Shown: one piece after another, positions 9,017 through 20,034 of the stretch
How positions within the stretch are numbered: position 1 is the stretch's first letter
Layout: the number at the start of each line of letters is the position of its first letter
Made by a program: the position numbers and the translations under genes
NCBI GenBank assembly: GCA_965228475.1
Contig: OZ245817.1
Span: 3,104,001-3,168,000 of the forward strand
Length of the DNA stretch: 64,000 bases
Direction of reading: 5' to 3'
From: Myxococcota bacterium
GTDB taxonomy: Bacteria > Myxococcota_A > UBA9160 > JAFDDA01
Notes under the pieces: generated by a model
Databases searched by the model: none
What the model was told of the DNA's origin: nothing
The model's input: only the letters and a program-made list of their open reading frames with translations

Positions 9017-10419
9017 TCGCCCCGCTCACCGCCGAGGACGTCGTGCGCGCGAGCGGTGGCGCGCTGCTCTCCGGCGATGCGTCCACGCGCTTTGCCGGGG
9101 TCTCCATCGACACGCGAACGATCGAGCCCGGGTTCCTGTTCTTCGCGATCCGCGGCCCGAACCACGATGCCCACCGCTTCCTCGGCGACGCCACGGCCCG
9201 CGGCGCAGCGGGCCTCGTCGTCGAGCACGCGGATTCCCTGCCCGAGGGCGACGCCGTCGTGATCCGGGTGCCGGACACGAGCGTGGCGCTCCGGGCCGTC
9301 GCCGCCGCCCATCGCGCCCGCTTCGAAGGCCCGCTCATCGCCATCACCGGGAGCAACGGGAAGACGACCACCAAGGAGATGTGCGCCGCGATCCTCTCGC
9401 GGCGGGCGCCCTGTCTCCGCACGCGCGGCAACCTGAACAACGAGTACGGCGTTCCGTTGACGCTGCTCTCCCGCCGCGAAGGCGACGCCGCCGCCGTGGT
9501 CGAGCTCGGCATGAACCACCGGGGCGAGATCTCGGCGCTCGCGGCCATCGCCCGGGCCGACATCGGCGTGGTCACGAACGTCGGCACCGCACACATCGAG
9601 CACCTCGGAAGCCGCGAGGAGATCGCGCTCGAGAAGACCGACCTGCTCGCGGCCCTCGGCGAGGACGGCACGGCCATCCTCCACGGAGACGATCCCCTCC
9701 TTCGCGCGGAGATCCCGCGCATTCGTGCCCGCGTCGTGACCTTCGGCCTCGACGCCGCGTGCGACGTTCGCGCCGAGAACGTCGAGCGGCCCGAGCCGGG
9801 GCGCTTCGCCTTCGATCTGCTCGGAGATGGCAAGCGCCTCGCCGTGCGCGTCGCCGGCCTGCACGAGGGCACGGTGCCGAACGCCCTGGCCGCCGCGACC
9901 GCCGCACGGGTCGCCGGCGCCTCGGACGACGACGTCGCCGCCGGCCTCGCCGCCTACGAGCCGCCTCCGGGACGCATGAACTTCCGCGCGCTCGGCGAAG
10001 ACCGCTACCTCATCGACGACACCTACAACGCGAACCCCCAGTCCATGGCCGCGGCGCTCACGGGCCTCGTCGGGGTACGCGGAAGCGGACGGGTCCTCGC
10101 CGTTCTCGGCGACATGGGGGAACTCGGCGAAACCGCCGACGCTGCGCACCGGGAGGCCGGAGCGCTCGCGGCGCGCCTGGGCGTGGACGGCCTGGCGGCC
10201 CTGGGCGAACGCGCGAGCGGCGTCGTCGCGGGAGCCATCGCCGAGGGGCTTCCCCGCGAGCGTGCGTTTGTGGGCAAGACCCACGAAGAGATCATCGAGC
10301 GTCTGCTCGAAGAGATGCAACCCGGAGATCGCGTCCTCGTGAAGGGGTCGCGCGCCATGAAGATGGAGCGCGTCGTCGAAGGCCTCACGGCAGGACTCTC
10401 CGAAGGCCAAGGAGCCTGA
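9013..10419 (+). CDS. murF: UDP-MurNAc-tripeptide:D-Ala-D-Ala ligase MurF
   Basis: 'ITGSNGKTTTKEM', 'NLNNEYGVP', 'ELGMNHRGEI', 'DDTYNANP' and 'VKGSR'. GTGA overlap with murE. Confidence 0.97.
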   Translation: MIAPLTAEDVVRASGGALLSGDASTRFAGVSIDTRTIEPGFLFFAIRGPNHDAHRFLGDATARGAAGLVVEHADSLPEGDAVVIRVPDTSVALRAVAAAHRARFEGPLIAITGSNGKTTTKEMCAAILSRRAPCLRTRGNLNNEYGVPLTLLSRREGDAAAVVELGMNHRGEISALAAIARADIGVVTNVGTAHIEHLGSREEIALEKTDLLAALGEDGTAILHGDDPLLRAEIPRIRARVVTFGLDAACDVRAENVERPEPGRFAFDLLGDGKRLAVRVAGLHEGTVPNALAAATAARVAGASDDDVAAGLAAYEPPPGRMNFRALGEDRYLIDDTYNANPQSMAAALTGLVGVRGSGRVLAVLGDMGELGETADAAHREAGALAARLGVDGLAALGERASGVVAGAIAEGLPRERAFVGKTHEEIIERLLEEMQPGDRVLVKGSRAMKMERVVEGLTAGLSEGQGA

Positions 10420-11493
10420 ATGCTCTACCACCTGCTCTTCCCGCTCGCTTCGGACGTCGGCGCCTTCAACGTCGTCCGCTACATCACGTTCCGCGCGGGC
10501 GCTGCGGCGCTGACGGCGCTCTTCATCGCCTTCGTCGTCGGCCCGCCGCTGATCCGCGCCCTCGGGCGGCTGCGCGCCGGCCAGCCGATCCGCGAGATCG
10601 GCCCCGCGCACGAGCACAAGGCCGGCACGCCGACCATGGGCGGCCTGCTGATCCTGCTCGCCCTGCTCGTCTCGGTCCTGCTCTGGTCCGAACTCGACAA
10701 CCGCTTCGTCTGGATCCTGCTCTTCATCACGGCGGGCTACGGCCTGCTCGGGTTCGCCGACGACTACCTCAAGGTGACGAGCGGCAAGAACGACGGCATC
10801 AGCGGCCGGATGAAGCTCTTCTGGCAGACGCTGCTCGCCCTCGGCGTCTCCGTCGCCATCTACATGGACCCGGGCTTCGACCAGGAGCTCTCGGTCCCCT
10901 TCTTCAAGGACTTCACGCCCTACCTCGGCGTCCTCTACATCCCGCTCGCCGTTTTCATCATCGTGGGCGCGAGCAACGCCGTGAACCTGACCGACGGGCT
11001 CGACGGCCTCGCGATCGGACCGGTGATGATCGCGGCGGGCACGATGGGCCTGCTCTCCTACGTCGCCGGAAACACCGTGATCGCCGAGTACCTGGGCATC
11101 AAATACGTCGCCGGGACCGGCCAGCTCGCGATCTTCTGCGCCGCACTGATCGGTGGCGGCCTCGGCTTCCTCTGGTTCAACGCGTATCCCGCCCAGCTCT
11201 TCATGGGCGACGTCGGCTCGCTGGCCCTCGGCGGCGCACTCGGGACGATCTCCGTCGTGATCCGTCAGGAGATCCTGCTCGGCGTCGTCGGCGGGATCTT
11301 CGTGCTCGAGGCCCTCTCGGTGATGATCCAGGTCGCCTCCTTCAAGATGACCGGCAAGCGGGTCTTCCTGATGGCGCCGATCCATCACCACTACGAACAG
11401 AAGGGCTGGGCCGAGCAGCAGATCGTGGTCCGCTTCTGGATCATCTCCATCATCCTGGCGCTGCTCGCGCTCTCCTCCCTGAAGCTGCGCTGA
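10420..11493 (+). CDS. mraY: Phospho-MurNAc-pentapeptide transferase MraY
   Basis: 'KAGTPTMGG', 'SNAVNLTDGLDGLA', 'FMGDVGS' and 'APIHHHYE'. Confidence 0.98.
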   Translation: MLYHLLFPLASDVGAFNVVRYITFRAGAAALTALFIAFVVGPPLIRALGRLRAGQPIREIGPAHEHKAGTPTMGGLLILLALLVSVLLWSELDNRFVWILLFITAGYGLLGFADDYLKVTSGKNDGISGRMKLFWQTLLALGVSVAIYMDPGFDQELSVPFFKDFTPYLGVLYIPLAVFIIVGASNAVNLTDGLDGLAIGPVMIAAGTMGLLSYVAGNTVIAEYLGIKYVAGTGQLAIFCAALIGGGLGFLWFNAYPAQLFMGDVGSLALGGALGTISVVIRQEILLGVVGGIFVLEALSVMIQVASFKMTGKRVFLMAPIHHHYEQKGWAEQQIVVRFWIISIILALLALSSLKLR

Positions 11494-12836
11494 TGGAAGA
11501 ACTCGCCGGACAGCGCGTTCTGGTGCTCGGGCTCGGCATGTCGGGCCGGAGTGCGGCGCGTTTCTGCGCGGAGCGCGGGGCGAGCGTCGTCGCCGCGGAC
11601 GAGCGCGCGGCGGACCGCGAGGATCTTCCGGCCTCGGTCGAGCTCGTGTGCGGCGGCCCGCTGCCCGACGCCGCGGACTTCGACCTCGTCGTCCCCAGCC
11701 CGGGCGTGCCACCCGCGCGCTACGCCGACCGCGCCCGGCGCGTCTGGGGCGACGTCGAGCTCGCGGCCCGCTGCCTCTCCGTCCCGATCGTCGCCGTGAC
11801 CGGCACGAACGGGAAGTCGACGACGGTGCTCCTGGTGCGTGCCCTGCTGCGCGCCGCCGGGCTTCGCGCCGAAGCCGCTGGCAACGTCGGGCGCCCCGTG
11901 CTCGACCTCGTGGGGCAGGCGCTCGACGTCGCCGTCCTCGAGGTCTCCTCCTTCCAGCTCGAGACCGTCGATGCCTTCCGGCCGCGCGTCTCGGTCGTCC
12001 TGAACCTCGCCCCGGACCACCTCGACCGGCACGGCAGCTTCGAGGCCTACGGCGCCGCCAAGGCCCGGATCTTCGCCCGCCAGGAAGCCTCGGACGCCGC
12101 GGTCCTGAACGACGCCGACCCCGTGGTCCGCGAGCTCCCGGGCGACTCGCCGGTGAAGCGCCTGCGCTTCCGCCGCGAAGCGCCGCCGAGCGACCCGGGC
12201 GAAGGCTGTGCGTGGACCGAAGCCGGCGCCGTGCGCGTGCGAACCGGCCAGGGCGAGTTCCGCGTGGGCCTCGAGGCTCTGCCGATCTCGGGCCCCCACA
12301 ACGAGGAGAACCTGATGGCGGCGCTGCTGGCGACGGCCGCCCTGGGCGCCGATCTCGGCAAGGCCGTGGACGCGCTGCCCGGGTTCCGGGGGCTGCCGCA
12401 CCGAAGCGAACTCGTCGCGGACCGTGCGGGCGTCGCCTGGATCGACGACTCCAAGGCGACGAACCCGCACGCCGCCCTGCGCGCCCTCGAGGGATGCACG
12501 TCGCCGGTCGTGTGGATCGCCGGGGGCCGGGACAAGGGGCTCGAGTTCGGCGGGCTCGTGGAATGCGCCGCCGGCCGCGTGCGCGAAGCCGTGCTGATCG
12601 GCGAGGCGGCCCCGAAGATCGCCCAGGCCCTCGAAGGCCGCGTCCCGGCCACGGAGACCGGAAACCTGCGTGCCGCCGTCGCCCGCGCCGCGGCGGTGGC
12701 CCGGCCCGGCGACGTCGTGCTGCTCGCGCCCGCCTGCGCGAGTCAGGACCAGTTCGAGAACTACGAGGCCCGCGGACGCGCCTTCCAGGCGGCCGTCGCG
12801 GAGCTCGGCACACCGGAGACGGGAGACCCGCGATGA
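11493..12836 (+). CDS. murD: UDP-MurNAc-L-Ala:D-Glu ligase MurD
   Basis: 'VLGLGMSG', 'VTGTNGKSTT', 'LEVSSFQL', 'DHLDRH', 'DDSKATN' and 'PACASQDQF'. Confidence 0.97.
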   Translation: MEELAGQRVLVLGLGMSGRSAARFCAERGASVVAADERAADREDLPASVELVCGGPLPDAADFDLVVPSPGVPPARYADRARRVWGDVELAARCLSVPIVAVTGTNGKSTTVLLVRALLRAAGLRAEAAGNVGRPVLDLVGQALDVAVLEVSSFQLETVDAFRPRVSVVLNLAPDHLDRHGSFEAYGAAKARIFARQEASDAAVLNDADPVVRELPGDSPVKRLRFRREAPPSDPGEGCAWTEAGAVRVRTGQGEFRVGLEALPISGPHNEENLMAALLATAALGADLGKAVDALPGFRGLPHRSELVADRAGVAWIDDSKATNPHAALRALEGCTSPVVWIAGGRDKGLEFGGLVECAAGRVREAVLIGEAAPKIAQALEGRVPATETGNLRAAVARAAAVARPGDVVLLAPACASQDQFENYEARGRAFQAAVAELGTPETGDPR

Positions 12837-14035
12837 ACCGCCGCTCGCAACGCCGCACCCGCACCCGCGCGCGAACGCCCATCGCCGGCGGTCTCCCGCG
12901 CGGCGCGGAGCTCGACGGCGCCCTGCTCACCGCCACGGCGCTCCTCGTCGTGACGGGCCTCCTCATGGTCTACAGCGCCACCGCCACGCGCGATCTCGAA
13001 CGCCTCGTCCCGGTCCACTTCGTGCGTCAGCTCGCCGCCTGCCTCGTTGGCATCGGACTCGCGGCGGGCGCGGCCTTCGTGCCGCTCGAGTGGTGGCGGC
13101 GCAGCGCCTTCGCCCTGTGGGCAGGCGGGGTCGGCCTGCTCGTGCTGACCCTCACGGTCGGTCTCGAGGTGAACGGCGCGCAGCGCTGGCTCACGGTCCC
13201 GGGCATCGGACTCACCTTCCAGCCGGTGGATCTCGCGCGCTTCGCCACGGTGATGGCCGTCGCGACCCTGCTCGCGCCCATCGGCGCGCGCGCGACGCCC
13301 TCCCCGCTCCAGATCGGCGGGTGCCTCGCGCTCGCACTGATCCCTTCGCTCCTGCTGCTCGTCCAACCGGACCTCGGCAGCGCCGCCCTGATCCTCGGGC
13401 TCACGTCCCTGCTGCTCTTCATCGCGGGAACGCCGCTGACCTGGCTGCTCGCGCCGGTGGCCCTCGGGGTCGCCGGGCTCGGAACCCACCTCGCCCTGCG
13501 CGGTTACGCCTGGGACCGGATGGTCGGTTTCCTGCGGCCCTGGGAGACGGCGGACCGCGAAGGTTTCCAGCTCGTCCAGTCCTTCGTGGGGTTCCGGCGC
13601 GGAGGCCTGTTCGGCGAGGGCCTCGGCGACGGGCGCCAGAAGCTCTTCTACCTGCCGGAGACCCACACCGACTTCATCCTCGCCCTGGTCGCGGAGGAAC
13701 TCGGACTCCTGGGCGTGCTCGTGGTCCTCGGCGCCTTCGCGGCACTGCTCGTCGCCGGGACGCGCATCGCGAGCCGGGCCAACTCGCAGTTCGCCGCGCT
13801 CGTCGCCTTCGGCATGACCGCGGGCCTGGTCGTCCCGGCCGTACTGAACGCGGCGGTCGTGACGGGCATGGTTCCGACGAAGGGGCTCGCCCTGCCCTTC
13901 CTTTCCTACGGGCGCACGGGGCTCGTGATGTCCTTCGTCGCACTCGGCGTCCTGCTCGGGATCGGCCTGCGCGACGTCCACGGGCGCCGCCGTGCGGTCC
14001 GCGGCGCGGAACGGCGGAGGATTCGCCGAGGATGA
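12833..14035 (+). CDS. ftsW: SEDS peptidoglycan glycosyltransferase FtsW
   Basis: 'NGAQRW', 'QPDLG', 'YLPETHTDFI', 'EELG' and 'LPFLSYG'. Confidence 0.96.
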   Translation: MNRRSQRRTRTRARTPIAGGLPRGAELDGALLTATALLVVTGLLMVYSATATRDLERLVPVHFVRQLAACLVGIGLAAGAAFVPLEWWRRSAFALWAGGVGLLVLTLTVGLEVNGAQRWLTVPGIGLTFQPVDLARFATVMAVATLLAPIGARATPSPLQIGGCLALALIPSLLLLVQPDLGSAALILGLTSLLLFIAGTPLTWLLAPVALGVAGLGTHLALRGYAWDRMVGFLRPWETADREGFQLVQSFVGFRRGGLFGEGLGDGRQKLFYLPETHTDFILALVAEELGLLGVLVVLGAFAALLVAGTRIASRANSQFAALVAFGMTAGLVVPAVLNAAVVTGMVPTKGLALPFLSYGRTGLVMSFVALGVLLGIGLRDVHGRRRAVRGAERRRIRRG

Positions 14036-15171
14036 CGAGCGCGGACCGGACAGCGGCGGGCACGGCGCCGAACGCAGCGGCGGCGACCTGGGCGGTGGCC
14101 GGCGGCGGCACGGGCGGGCACGTCACGATGGCCCTCGCCCTGGCCGAAGAGATCCGCGCGCAAGGCGGCGTCCCGGTCCTGCTCGGGACGAGCCACGGCC
14201 TCGAAGGCGAGATCGTGCCCCGGGCCGGGTTCGAGCTCGTGACCTTCGATGCGCGCCAGGTCATGGGGCAGTCCCTGCTCGCGCGGGCGGGCGCGCTCTT
14301 CGGCCTCGTCCGGACGACCTTCGCCGCGCGCCGGACGCTTCGCGAGCGCAACGTGACCGCAGTGATCTCCGTCGGCGGGTACGCCTCGATGCCGGCCGTG
14401 GCCGCCGCGGCGCTTTCCCGGATCCCGACGGCCCTCGTCGAACCGAACGCGGTGCCGGGCCGGGCGAACCGGCTCATGGCCCGCGTCGCACGGCGGGTAT
14501 TCGTGGGCTTCGACGCGGCGCGCTCCCACCTGCCCACGGACGAGGAACGCGTGCGGACCCTCGGCATCCCCGTCCGCCGCGAGCTCGTCGAGCGATTCGC
14601 GAAGCCGCGTGAGCGGAAGCCGGCTGCGCCGCTGCACCTGCTCGTGGCCGGCGGTAGCCAGGGCGCACGGCAGGTGAACGAGGCGATGATGGAGATCGCG
14701 CCCGGCCTCGATGCCGGCGCCTTCGAGATCTTCCACCAGACCGGCAGCGCGGACCGCGATCGCGTGGAGGCCGCCTACCGCGAGGCCGGGCTCGCAGCCG
14801 AGGTCGCGGCCTTCACGGACGACATGCCCGAGCGCTACCGCTGGGCAGACCTGGCCGTCTGTCGCTCGGGCGCGCTGACCGTGGCCGAGCTCGCCCTCGC
14901 CGGCCTGCCCTCCCTGCTCGTCCCGTACCCCTTCGCCGCGGACGACCACCAGGCGGGCAACGCCAAGGCGCTCGCGGATCTCGGCGGCGCCCGGGTGCTC
15001 GAATCGCGCCCGCTCGACCCGGCGGCGCTCGCCGCCGCCCTCGAAGAATTGCGAGCCGCTCCCGAGCGGCTCGAGACCATGCGAAGCGCGCTCGCGGCCG
15101 GGGCTCGCCCCGCGGCGGCGCGCGAGATCATCGAAGCGTGCGTTTCGGCCCTCGGGCCGCTTCGCACGTAG
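14032..15171 (+). CDS. murG: Lipid II GlcNAc transferase MurG
   Basis: 'AGGGTGGHV', 'GGYAS', 'GGSQGA', '[10 protein letters not shown]' and 'DDHQAGNA'. Confidence 0.97.
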   Translation: MTSADRTAAGTAPNAAAATWAVAGGGTGGHVTMALALAEEIRAQGGVPVLLGTSHGLEGEIVPRAGFELVTFDARQVMGQSLLARAGALFGLVRTTFAARRTLRERNVTAVISVGGYASMPAVAAAALSRIPTALVEPNAVPGRANRLMARVARRVFVGFDAARSHLPTDEERVRTLGIPVRRELVERFAKPRERKPAAPLHLLVAGGSQGARQVNEAMMEIAPGLDAGAFEIFHQTGSADRDRVEAAYREAGLAAEVAAFTDDMPERYRWADLAVCRSGALTVAELALAGLPSLLVPYPFAADDHQAGNAKALADLGGARVLESRPLDPAALAAALEELRAAPERLETMRSALAAGARPAAAREIIEACVSALGPLRT

Positions 15172-15334
15172 GACGGCGCGTTCTCCGGGGCGGGGCCCAT
15201 CCGATCGGGCTCACGTCTCGGGTCGCTCACGACCCGCCCGCTCGGGCAGCCGTGGGCCCCGCCTCGGCGACGCGCCATCGCGTGTAGTGCGCGCAGCGTG
15301 CCATGTGCACGCGAGCGCAGGAAGGAAGAGCGAG

Positions 15335-16729
15335 TTGTATCGGAAGATCCAGCGCATCCACTTCGTGGGAATCGGCGGGATCGGCATGTGCGGGCTCGCG
15401 GAGCTCCTCCAGAGCCAGGGCTACCACGTGTCCGGAAGCGACCTGCGCGAAGGACCGACCGTGCGGCGCCTGCGCGAACTCGGCGTGCGCGTCGAGACCG
15501 GACACTCCCCGGAGAACGTCGCCGACGCCGACGTCGTGGTCTTCTCGACCGCGGTAGCCCGGGACAACCCGGAGATCCGCTTTGCGGAGGCCCACAAGAT
15601 CCCGGTGATCCGCCGCGCGGAGATGCTCGCCGAGGTGATGCGCCTGAAGGACGGCATCGCCGTCGCCGGCACCCATGGCAAGACCACGACGACATCCCTG
15701 GCCGCCCACGTCCTCCATGCCGCCGGCCTCGACCCGACGGCCGTGATCGGCGGGCGCGTGCTCGGCACCGGCGCCGACCACCAGACCACGGGCGCCCGCC
15801 TCGGCCACGGCGACCTGCTCGTCGCCGAAGCCGACGAGAGCGACGGCTCCTTCCTCCGCCTCGCGCCGGTGATCGGCGTGATCACGAACATCGACCCGGA
15901 GCACCTCGACCACTACGGGAGCGAAGAGGCGCTGCGCGAGGCGTTCATCGCCTTCGCGAACCGCGTGCCCTTCTGGGGGGTGACGATCCTCTGCCTCGAC
16001 CACCCGGGCGTGCAGGCCATCCTGCCCTCGCTCACGCGCCGCGTCTCGACCTACGGCTTCTCCTCCCAGGCGGACCTCGTCGGCTACGACCTCGAGCCCT
16101 CGGGCTGGGGGACGCGCTTCCACGTCCGGCACCACGGCGAGAAGCTCGGCGCGGTCGAGTTCGCGCTGGCGGGCCGCCACAACGTCGCGAACGCGCTCGC
16201 GGCGATCGCCGTCGCCCTCGAGCTCGAGGTGCCCTTCCCCGTCGCCGCCGAGGCGCTTGCGGCCTTCCACGGCATCGAGCGCCGCTTCGAACTCAAGGGG
16301 GAAGCGGCCGGTGTGCGCGTCGTCGACGACTACGGCCACCATCCGGCGGAGGTTCGCGCGACGCTCGCGGCCGCGCGCGCCGTGCACGACGGACGCATCG
16401 TCGTCGTCTTCCAGCCCCACCGCTACACGCGGACCCGCGACCTGCTGACCGACTTCGCCACCGCGTTCAACGACGCCGACCACCTCGTCGTGACCGACGT
16501 CTACGCGGCCGGCGAAGCGCCCATCGAGGGAGCGGACGCGCCGGCGCTCGTCGAGGCCATCCGCAGCCACGGCCACCGGGAGACCCATCACGTGGCGGAC
16601 CTCGAAGAAGTGCCCGCGCGGCTCGTGCCCGAGCTCCGCGCCGGGGACCTCCTCATCACCCTCGGCGCCGGGAGCGTGGTCGGTCTCGGCCCGAAGCTCC
16701 TGGCCGCCCTCGAGGCGCGCGGCACATGA
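15335..16729 (+). CDS. murC: UDP-MurNAc:L-Ala ligase MurC
   Basis: '[11 protein letters not shown]', '[10 protein letters not shown]', 'EADESDGSF', 'DDYGHHP' and 'FQPHRYTR'. TTG start after GAAGGA. Confidence 0.97.
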   Translation: MYRKIQRIHFVGIGGIGMCGLAELLQSQGYHVSGSDLREGPTVRRLRELGVRVETGHSPENVADADVVVFSTAVARDNPEIRFAEAHKIPVIRRAEMLAEVMRLKDGIAVAGTHGKTTTTSLAAHVLHAAGLDPTAVIGGRVLGTGADHQTTGARLGHGDLLVAEADESDGSFLRLAPVIGVITNIDPEHLDHYGSEEALREAFIAFANRVPFWGVTILCLDHPGVQAILPSLTRRVSTYGFSSQADLVGYDLEPSGWGTRFHVRHHGEKLGAVEFALAGRHNVANALAAIAVALELEVPFPVAAEALAAFHGIERRFELKGEAAGVRVVDDYGHHPAEVRATLAAARAVHDGRIVVVFQPHRYTRTRDLLTDFATAFNDADHLVVTDVYAAGEAPIEGADAPALVEAIRSHGHRETHHVADLEEVPARLVPELRAGDLLITLGAGSVVGLGPKLLAALEARGT

Positions 16730-17655
16730 GCCACCCCGCCATCGACGACGCCGGACGCAAGGAGCTGCGGGGCCTGCTCGAAGGCCGCGTGGCCTTCGAC
16801 GTCCCGATGGCGCGCTTCACTTCGCTGCGCGTGGGCGGCCCGGTCGATGCCCTTGCGACGCCGGCCGACCGCGCCGAGCTCGCGAGCCTGCTCGCCCTGG
16901 CGAAGCGCCACGGCTGGCCCGCGTTCGTGATCGGCTCGGGCTTCAACACCGTCGTGCGCGACGAGGGGCTCGCGGGGCTCGCGCTGCGCCTCTCCGCGTT
17001 CCGCGCGCTCGAGATCGGAAAGGATGGGCTCGTGTTCGCCGAGGCCGGCGTGAGCCATGCGAGCCTGACCCGCCGCTGCCAGAGCGAAGGCCTCGGCGGT
17101 CTGGCCTTCGGCGCGGGAATCCCCGGCACGATCGGCGGCTGGGTCGCCATGAACGCGGGCATCGGAAGCCGGGAAGTGAAGGACGTCGTCGACGCGATCG
17201 AGGCGATCGCCCCGGGCGAAGCCGAGACCCGGTGGTTCGAGCGCGACGCGCTCGACTTCCGCTACCGCGAGCTGCGCGGCCTCGCACCCGGCACCGTGAT
17301 CGTGGCGGCCCGCTTCCGGACCGAGCCCTCGACCCCGGAAGCCGTCAAGGCCGAAACCGACGCGTTGCTCGCGAAGCGCAGTGCCAGCCAGCCCCTCGAC
17401 GTGCCCTCGTGCGGCTCGGTCTTCAAGAACCCGCCCGGCGATTTCGCAGGGCGCTTGATCGAGGCGGCCGGGCTCAAGGGAGAACGCGTCGGCAACGCCG
17501 AGATCTCAACGACCCACGCCAACTTCATCGTGAACCGCGGCGGGGCTTCGACGGCGGACGTCGTCGCGCTCATCGAACGGGCGCGCCAGGAAGTCGCGCG
17601 CACCGCCGGCATCTCGCTCGAAACCGAAGTCCGCATCCTGGGACGGACGACGTGA
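16726..17655 (+). CDS. murB: UDP-N-acetylenolpyruvylglucosamine reductase MurB
   Basis: 'TSLRVGG', 'GIPGTIGG', 'MNAG', 'SCGSVFKNP', 'HANFIVN' and 'LETEV'. Confidence 0.96.
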   Translation: MSHPAIDDAGRKELRGLLEGRVAFDVPMARFTSLRVGGPVDALATPADRAELASLLALAKRHGWPAFVIGSGFNTVVRDEGLAGLALRLSAFRALEIGKDGLVFAEAGVSHASLTRRCQSEGLGGLAFGAGIPGTIGGWVAMNAGIGSREVKDVVDAIEAIAPGEAETRWFERDALDFRYRELRGLAPGTVIVAARFRTEPSTPEAVKAETDALLAKRSASQPLDVPSCGSVFKNPPGDFAGRLIEAAGLKGERVGNAEISTTHANFIVNRGGASTADVVALIERARQEVARTAGISLETEVRILGRTT

Positions 17656-17680
17656 GCGCCTGGAAGCTCGGGAGGACGAC

Positions 17681-18586
17681 ATGAAGAGACGGACCCAGAC
17701 GCGGCCGGGCGTTCGCCGGCGCGGCAAGCCGTCGGCGAGCCGCATGGCCGGGACCCGCGTGAGCGCGCCGGCCGAGGAGCCGAGCCGGGTGGGACGACAG
17801 GTGGCGGCGGTCGGCGGCGTCCTGCTCCTGCTGGCGGCGGTCGCAGCGGCCCCCCATGCCTACCGACTCGCGCAGGACGCCCTCCACCAGGAGCCGTTCC
17901 TTCTGGCCGAGCTCACCGTCGCCGGGCTCGATCGCCTCGAACCCGCGGCGATCCGCAGCGCGCTCGCCCTCGAGCCCGGGACGCCGCTCGTCGAGCTCGA
18001 CGTCGACGCGGCCCGGGCGCGTCTCGTGGCCCATCCCTGGGTCGCCGAGGCCTCGGTCGTCCGCTGGCCGCCGGACGGCGTGCGCGTCGAGGTCCGCGAG
18101 CAGGTGGCCCTCGCCGTCGCCCGGGCGGGAGAGGCCCGCCGCTTCCACGCGGTCAACGCCTCGGGTGTGGCCTTCGCCGAGGCCAGCGAAGCGGACGTCG
18201 CGCGGCTGGTTCACGTCGCGCTGGAACCCGCCCCGGAGGTCGGCGTGGCGGACGGGCGGCTGACGGAAGCGCTCGCGATGGCGGCCTCGTTCCAGACCCG
18301 CGGCCTCGAGGTGCCGCGCCAGGTCCGCGTCGGGCTTCCCGCGCGCGAGCAGAGCGCCGAGCTGCGCCTCCGCGGCTTCGCGCCGGCGGTCTGGATCGAG
18401 CGCGGGCGCCACGAAGAACAGCTCGACCGGCTGGCGACGCTCCTGGCGTCGAGCCTCCCGGCCGCGAACGAAGCGCGCCTGATCGACCTGCGCTTCTCCG
18501 GCCGCGCGGTGCTCTGGGCGGGCGACGAAGAGAACGCGAAGGAAACCGCTTCCGCCGAGAGCGACCGCGCGGACCGCGGGGCGTAG
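17681..18586 (+). CDS. ftsQ: Cell division protein FtsQ/DivIB
   Basis: Basic N-tail, one TM helix, POTRA 'HPWVAEASVVRWPPDGVRVEVRE' and C-terminal 'IDLRF'; directly upstream of ftsA. Confidence 0.9.
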   Translation: MKRRTQTRPGVRRRGKPSASRMAGTRVSAPAEEPSRVGRQVAAVGGVLLLLAAVAAAPHAYRLAQDALHQEPFLLAELTVAGLDRLEPAAIRSALALEPGTPLVELDVDAARARLVAHPWVAEASVVRWPPDGVRVEVREQVALAVARAGEARRFHAVNASGVAFAEASEADVARLVHVALEPAPEVGVADGRLTEALAMAASFQTRGLEVPRQVRVGLPAREQSAELRLRGFAPAVWIERGRHEEQLDRLATLLASSLPAANEARLIDLRFSGRAVLWAGDEENAKETASAESDRADRGA

Positions 18587-18706
18587 GGGCACGAAGAATT
18601 TCGCGGCGGCCCGGACGGGCCGGCGCGGGACGCGGGGGCGCGAGGGTGCGCCGCCGCAAACAGCGGCCCACCGGGAGACCGGCGGCCGCACACGGGGGGG
18701 TGAGAC

Positions 18707-19939
18707 ATGGCTAGAAAAGACGAGCTGATCGTCGGGCTCGACATCGGCACCACCAAGGTCTGCGCGGTGGTGGCCGAGAGCACGGAAGACGGCATGGACG
18801 TGGTCGGGATCGGGACGCACCCGTCCAAGGGGCTCCGCAAGGGCGTGGTGGTCGACATCGACGCCACGGTCCAGTCCATCAAGCACGCCATCGAAGAAGC
18901 CGAGCTGATGGCCGACTGCGAGATCACTTCGGTCTACGCCGGCATCGCCGGCGGCCACATCCGCGGGATGAACTCCCACGGCGTGGTGGCGGTGAAGGAC
19001 CAGGAGGTCGCCGCGATCGACGTGAAGCGGGTGATCGACAACGCGAAGGCGGTGGCGATCCCCATGGATCGCGAGGTGATCCACGTGATCCCGCAGGAGT
19101 ACGTGATCGACGACCAGGACGGCGTGCGCGAGCCCATGGGCATGAGCGGCGTACGCCTGGAGGCGAAGGTCCACATCGTGACGGCCGCCGTGACGAGCGC
19201 GCAGAACATCGTGAAGTGCGCCAACCAGGCCGGCCTGAACGTGATGGACATCGTGCTCGAGCCGCTCGCATCGGCCGAAGCCGTGCTCTCGGACGACGAG
19301 CGGGATCTCGGCGTCTGCCTGATCGACATCGGCGGCGGCACGACGGACATCGCCGTGTTCGCCGACGGTTCGATCAAGCACACCTCGGTGCTCGGGCTCG
19401 GCGGCTACCACATCAGCAACGACATCGCGGTCGGGCTGCGCACGCCCTTCGACGAAGCCGAACGCATCAAGAAGATGTTCGGCGTCGCCTCGGCGCGGTA
19501 TCTCGCGAGCGACGACGTGATCTCGGTGCCGAGCGTCGGCGGCCGCAAGCCGCGCGACGTCTCGCGCAAGATCCTCTGCGAGATCATCGAACCGCGCGCC
19601 GAGGAGATCCTCTCCCTGGCCAAGCAGGAGGTCAGCAAGGCCGGCCTCGACTCGCGCATGCCCTCGGGCGTGGTGCTCACGGGCGGTGCCTCGGCGCTCG
19701 AAGGCATCGCCGAGCTCGCGGAGGAGATCTTCGAAGCGCCGGTGCGGCGGGGATCCCCGATGCACGTGGGTGGGCTCCAGGACGTGGTCCGGAGCCCGAT
19801 GTACGCCACCGGGGTGGGCCTCGTGGCCTTCGGGATGACCCAGGGCGGGGGCCGCAGCGGCTTCCCGATCCGGGAAGGCTCGAAGTTCAAGGCCGTGCTC
19901 CAGCGCATGCGGGACTGGTTCCACGACGGCTGGAAGTAG
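18707..19939 (+). CDS. ftsA: Cell division protein FtsA
   Basis: '[10 protein letters not shown]', '[12 protein letters not shown]', 'DIGGGTTD' and 'VLTGG'. Confidence 0.98.
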   Translation: MARKDELIVGLDIGTTKVCAVVAESTEDGMDVVGIGTHPSKGLRKGVVVDIDATVQSIKHAIEEAELMADCEITSVYAGIAGGHIRGMNSHGVVAVKDQEVAAIDVKRVIDNAKAVAIPMDREVIHVIPQEYVIDDQDGVREPMGMSGVRLEAKVHIVTAAVTSAQNIVKCANQAGLNVMDIVLEPLASAEAVLSDDERDLGVCLIDIGGGTTDIAVFADGSIKHTSVLGLGGYHISNDIAVGLRTPFDEAERIKKMFGVASARYLASDDVISVPSVGGRKPRDVSRKILCEIIEPRAEEILSLAKQEVSKAGLDSRMPSGVVLTGGASALEGIAELAEEIFEAPVRRGSPMHVGGLQDVVRSPMYATGVGLVAFGMTQGGGRSGFPIREGSKFKAVLQRMRDWFHDGWK

Positions 19940-20034
19940 CGGCCCAAGGGGCTCGAAGGGGTCGCAACTTTCGAGCCAAATGGCTGGGAAAGCAGGATCT
20001 TTTCATTAGAATCTCGTTCCACGGGGGTGAGACG

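Noticed and set aside
5717..12836. Apparent giant fusion ORFs ending in murE, murF or murD (and likewise uca, atzF, uppP)
   Set aside because: The N-terminal parts are out-of-frame read-ins over the upstream gene; the real starts are at the stop/start overlaps.
8932..12966. Very long opposite-strand or alternate-frame ORFs (also 35127-39587, 48032-51232, 55501-58872, 19405-22323)
   Set aside because: These are shadow ORFs of real genes. In very high-GC DNA stop codons are scarce, and the translations are Arg/Gly/Pro-rich with no family motifs.
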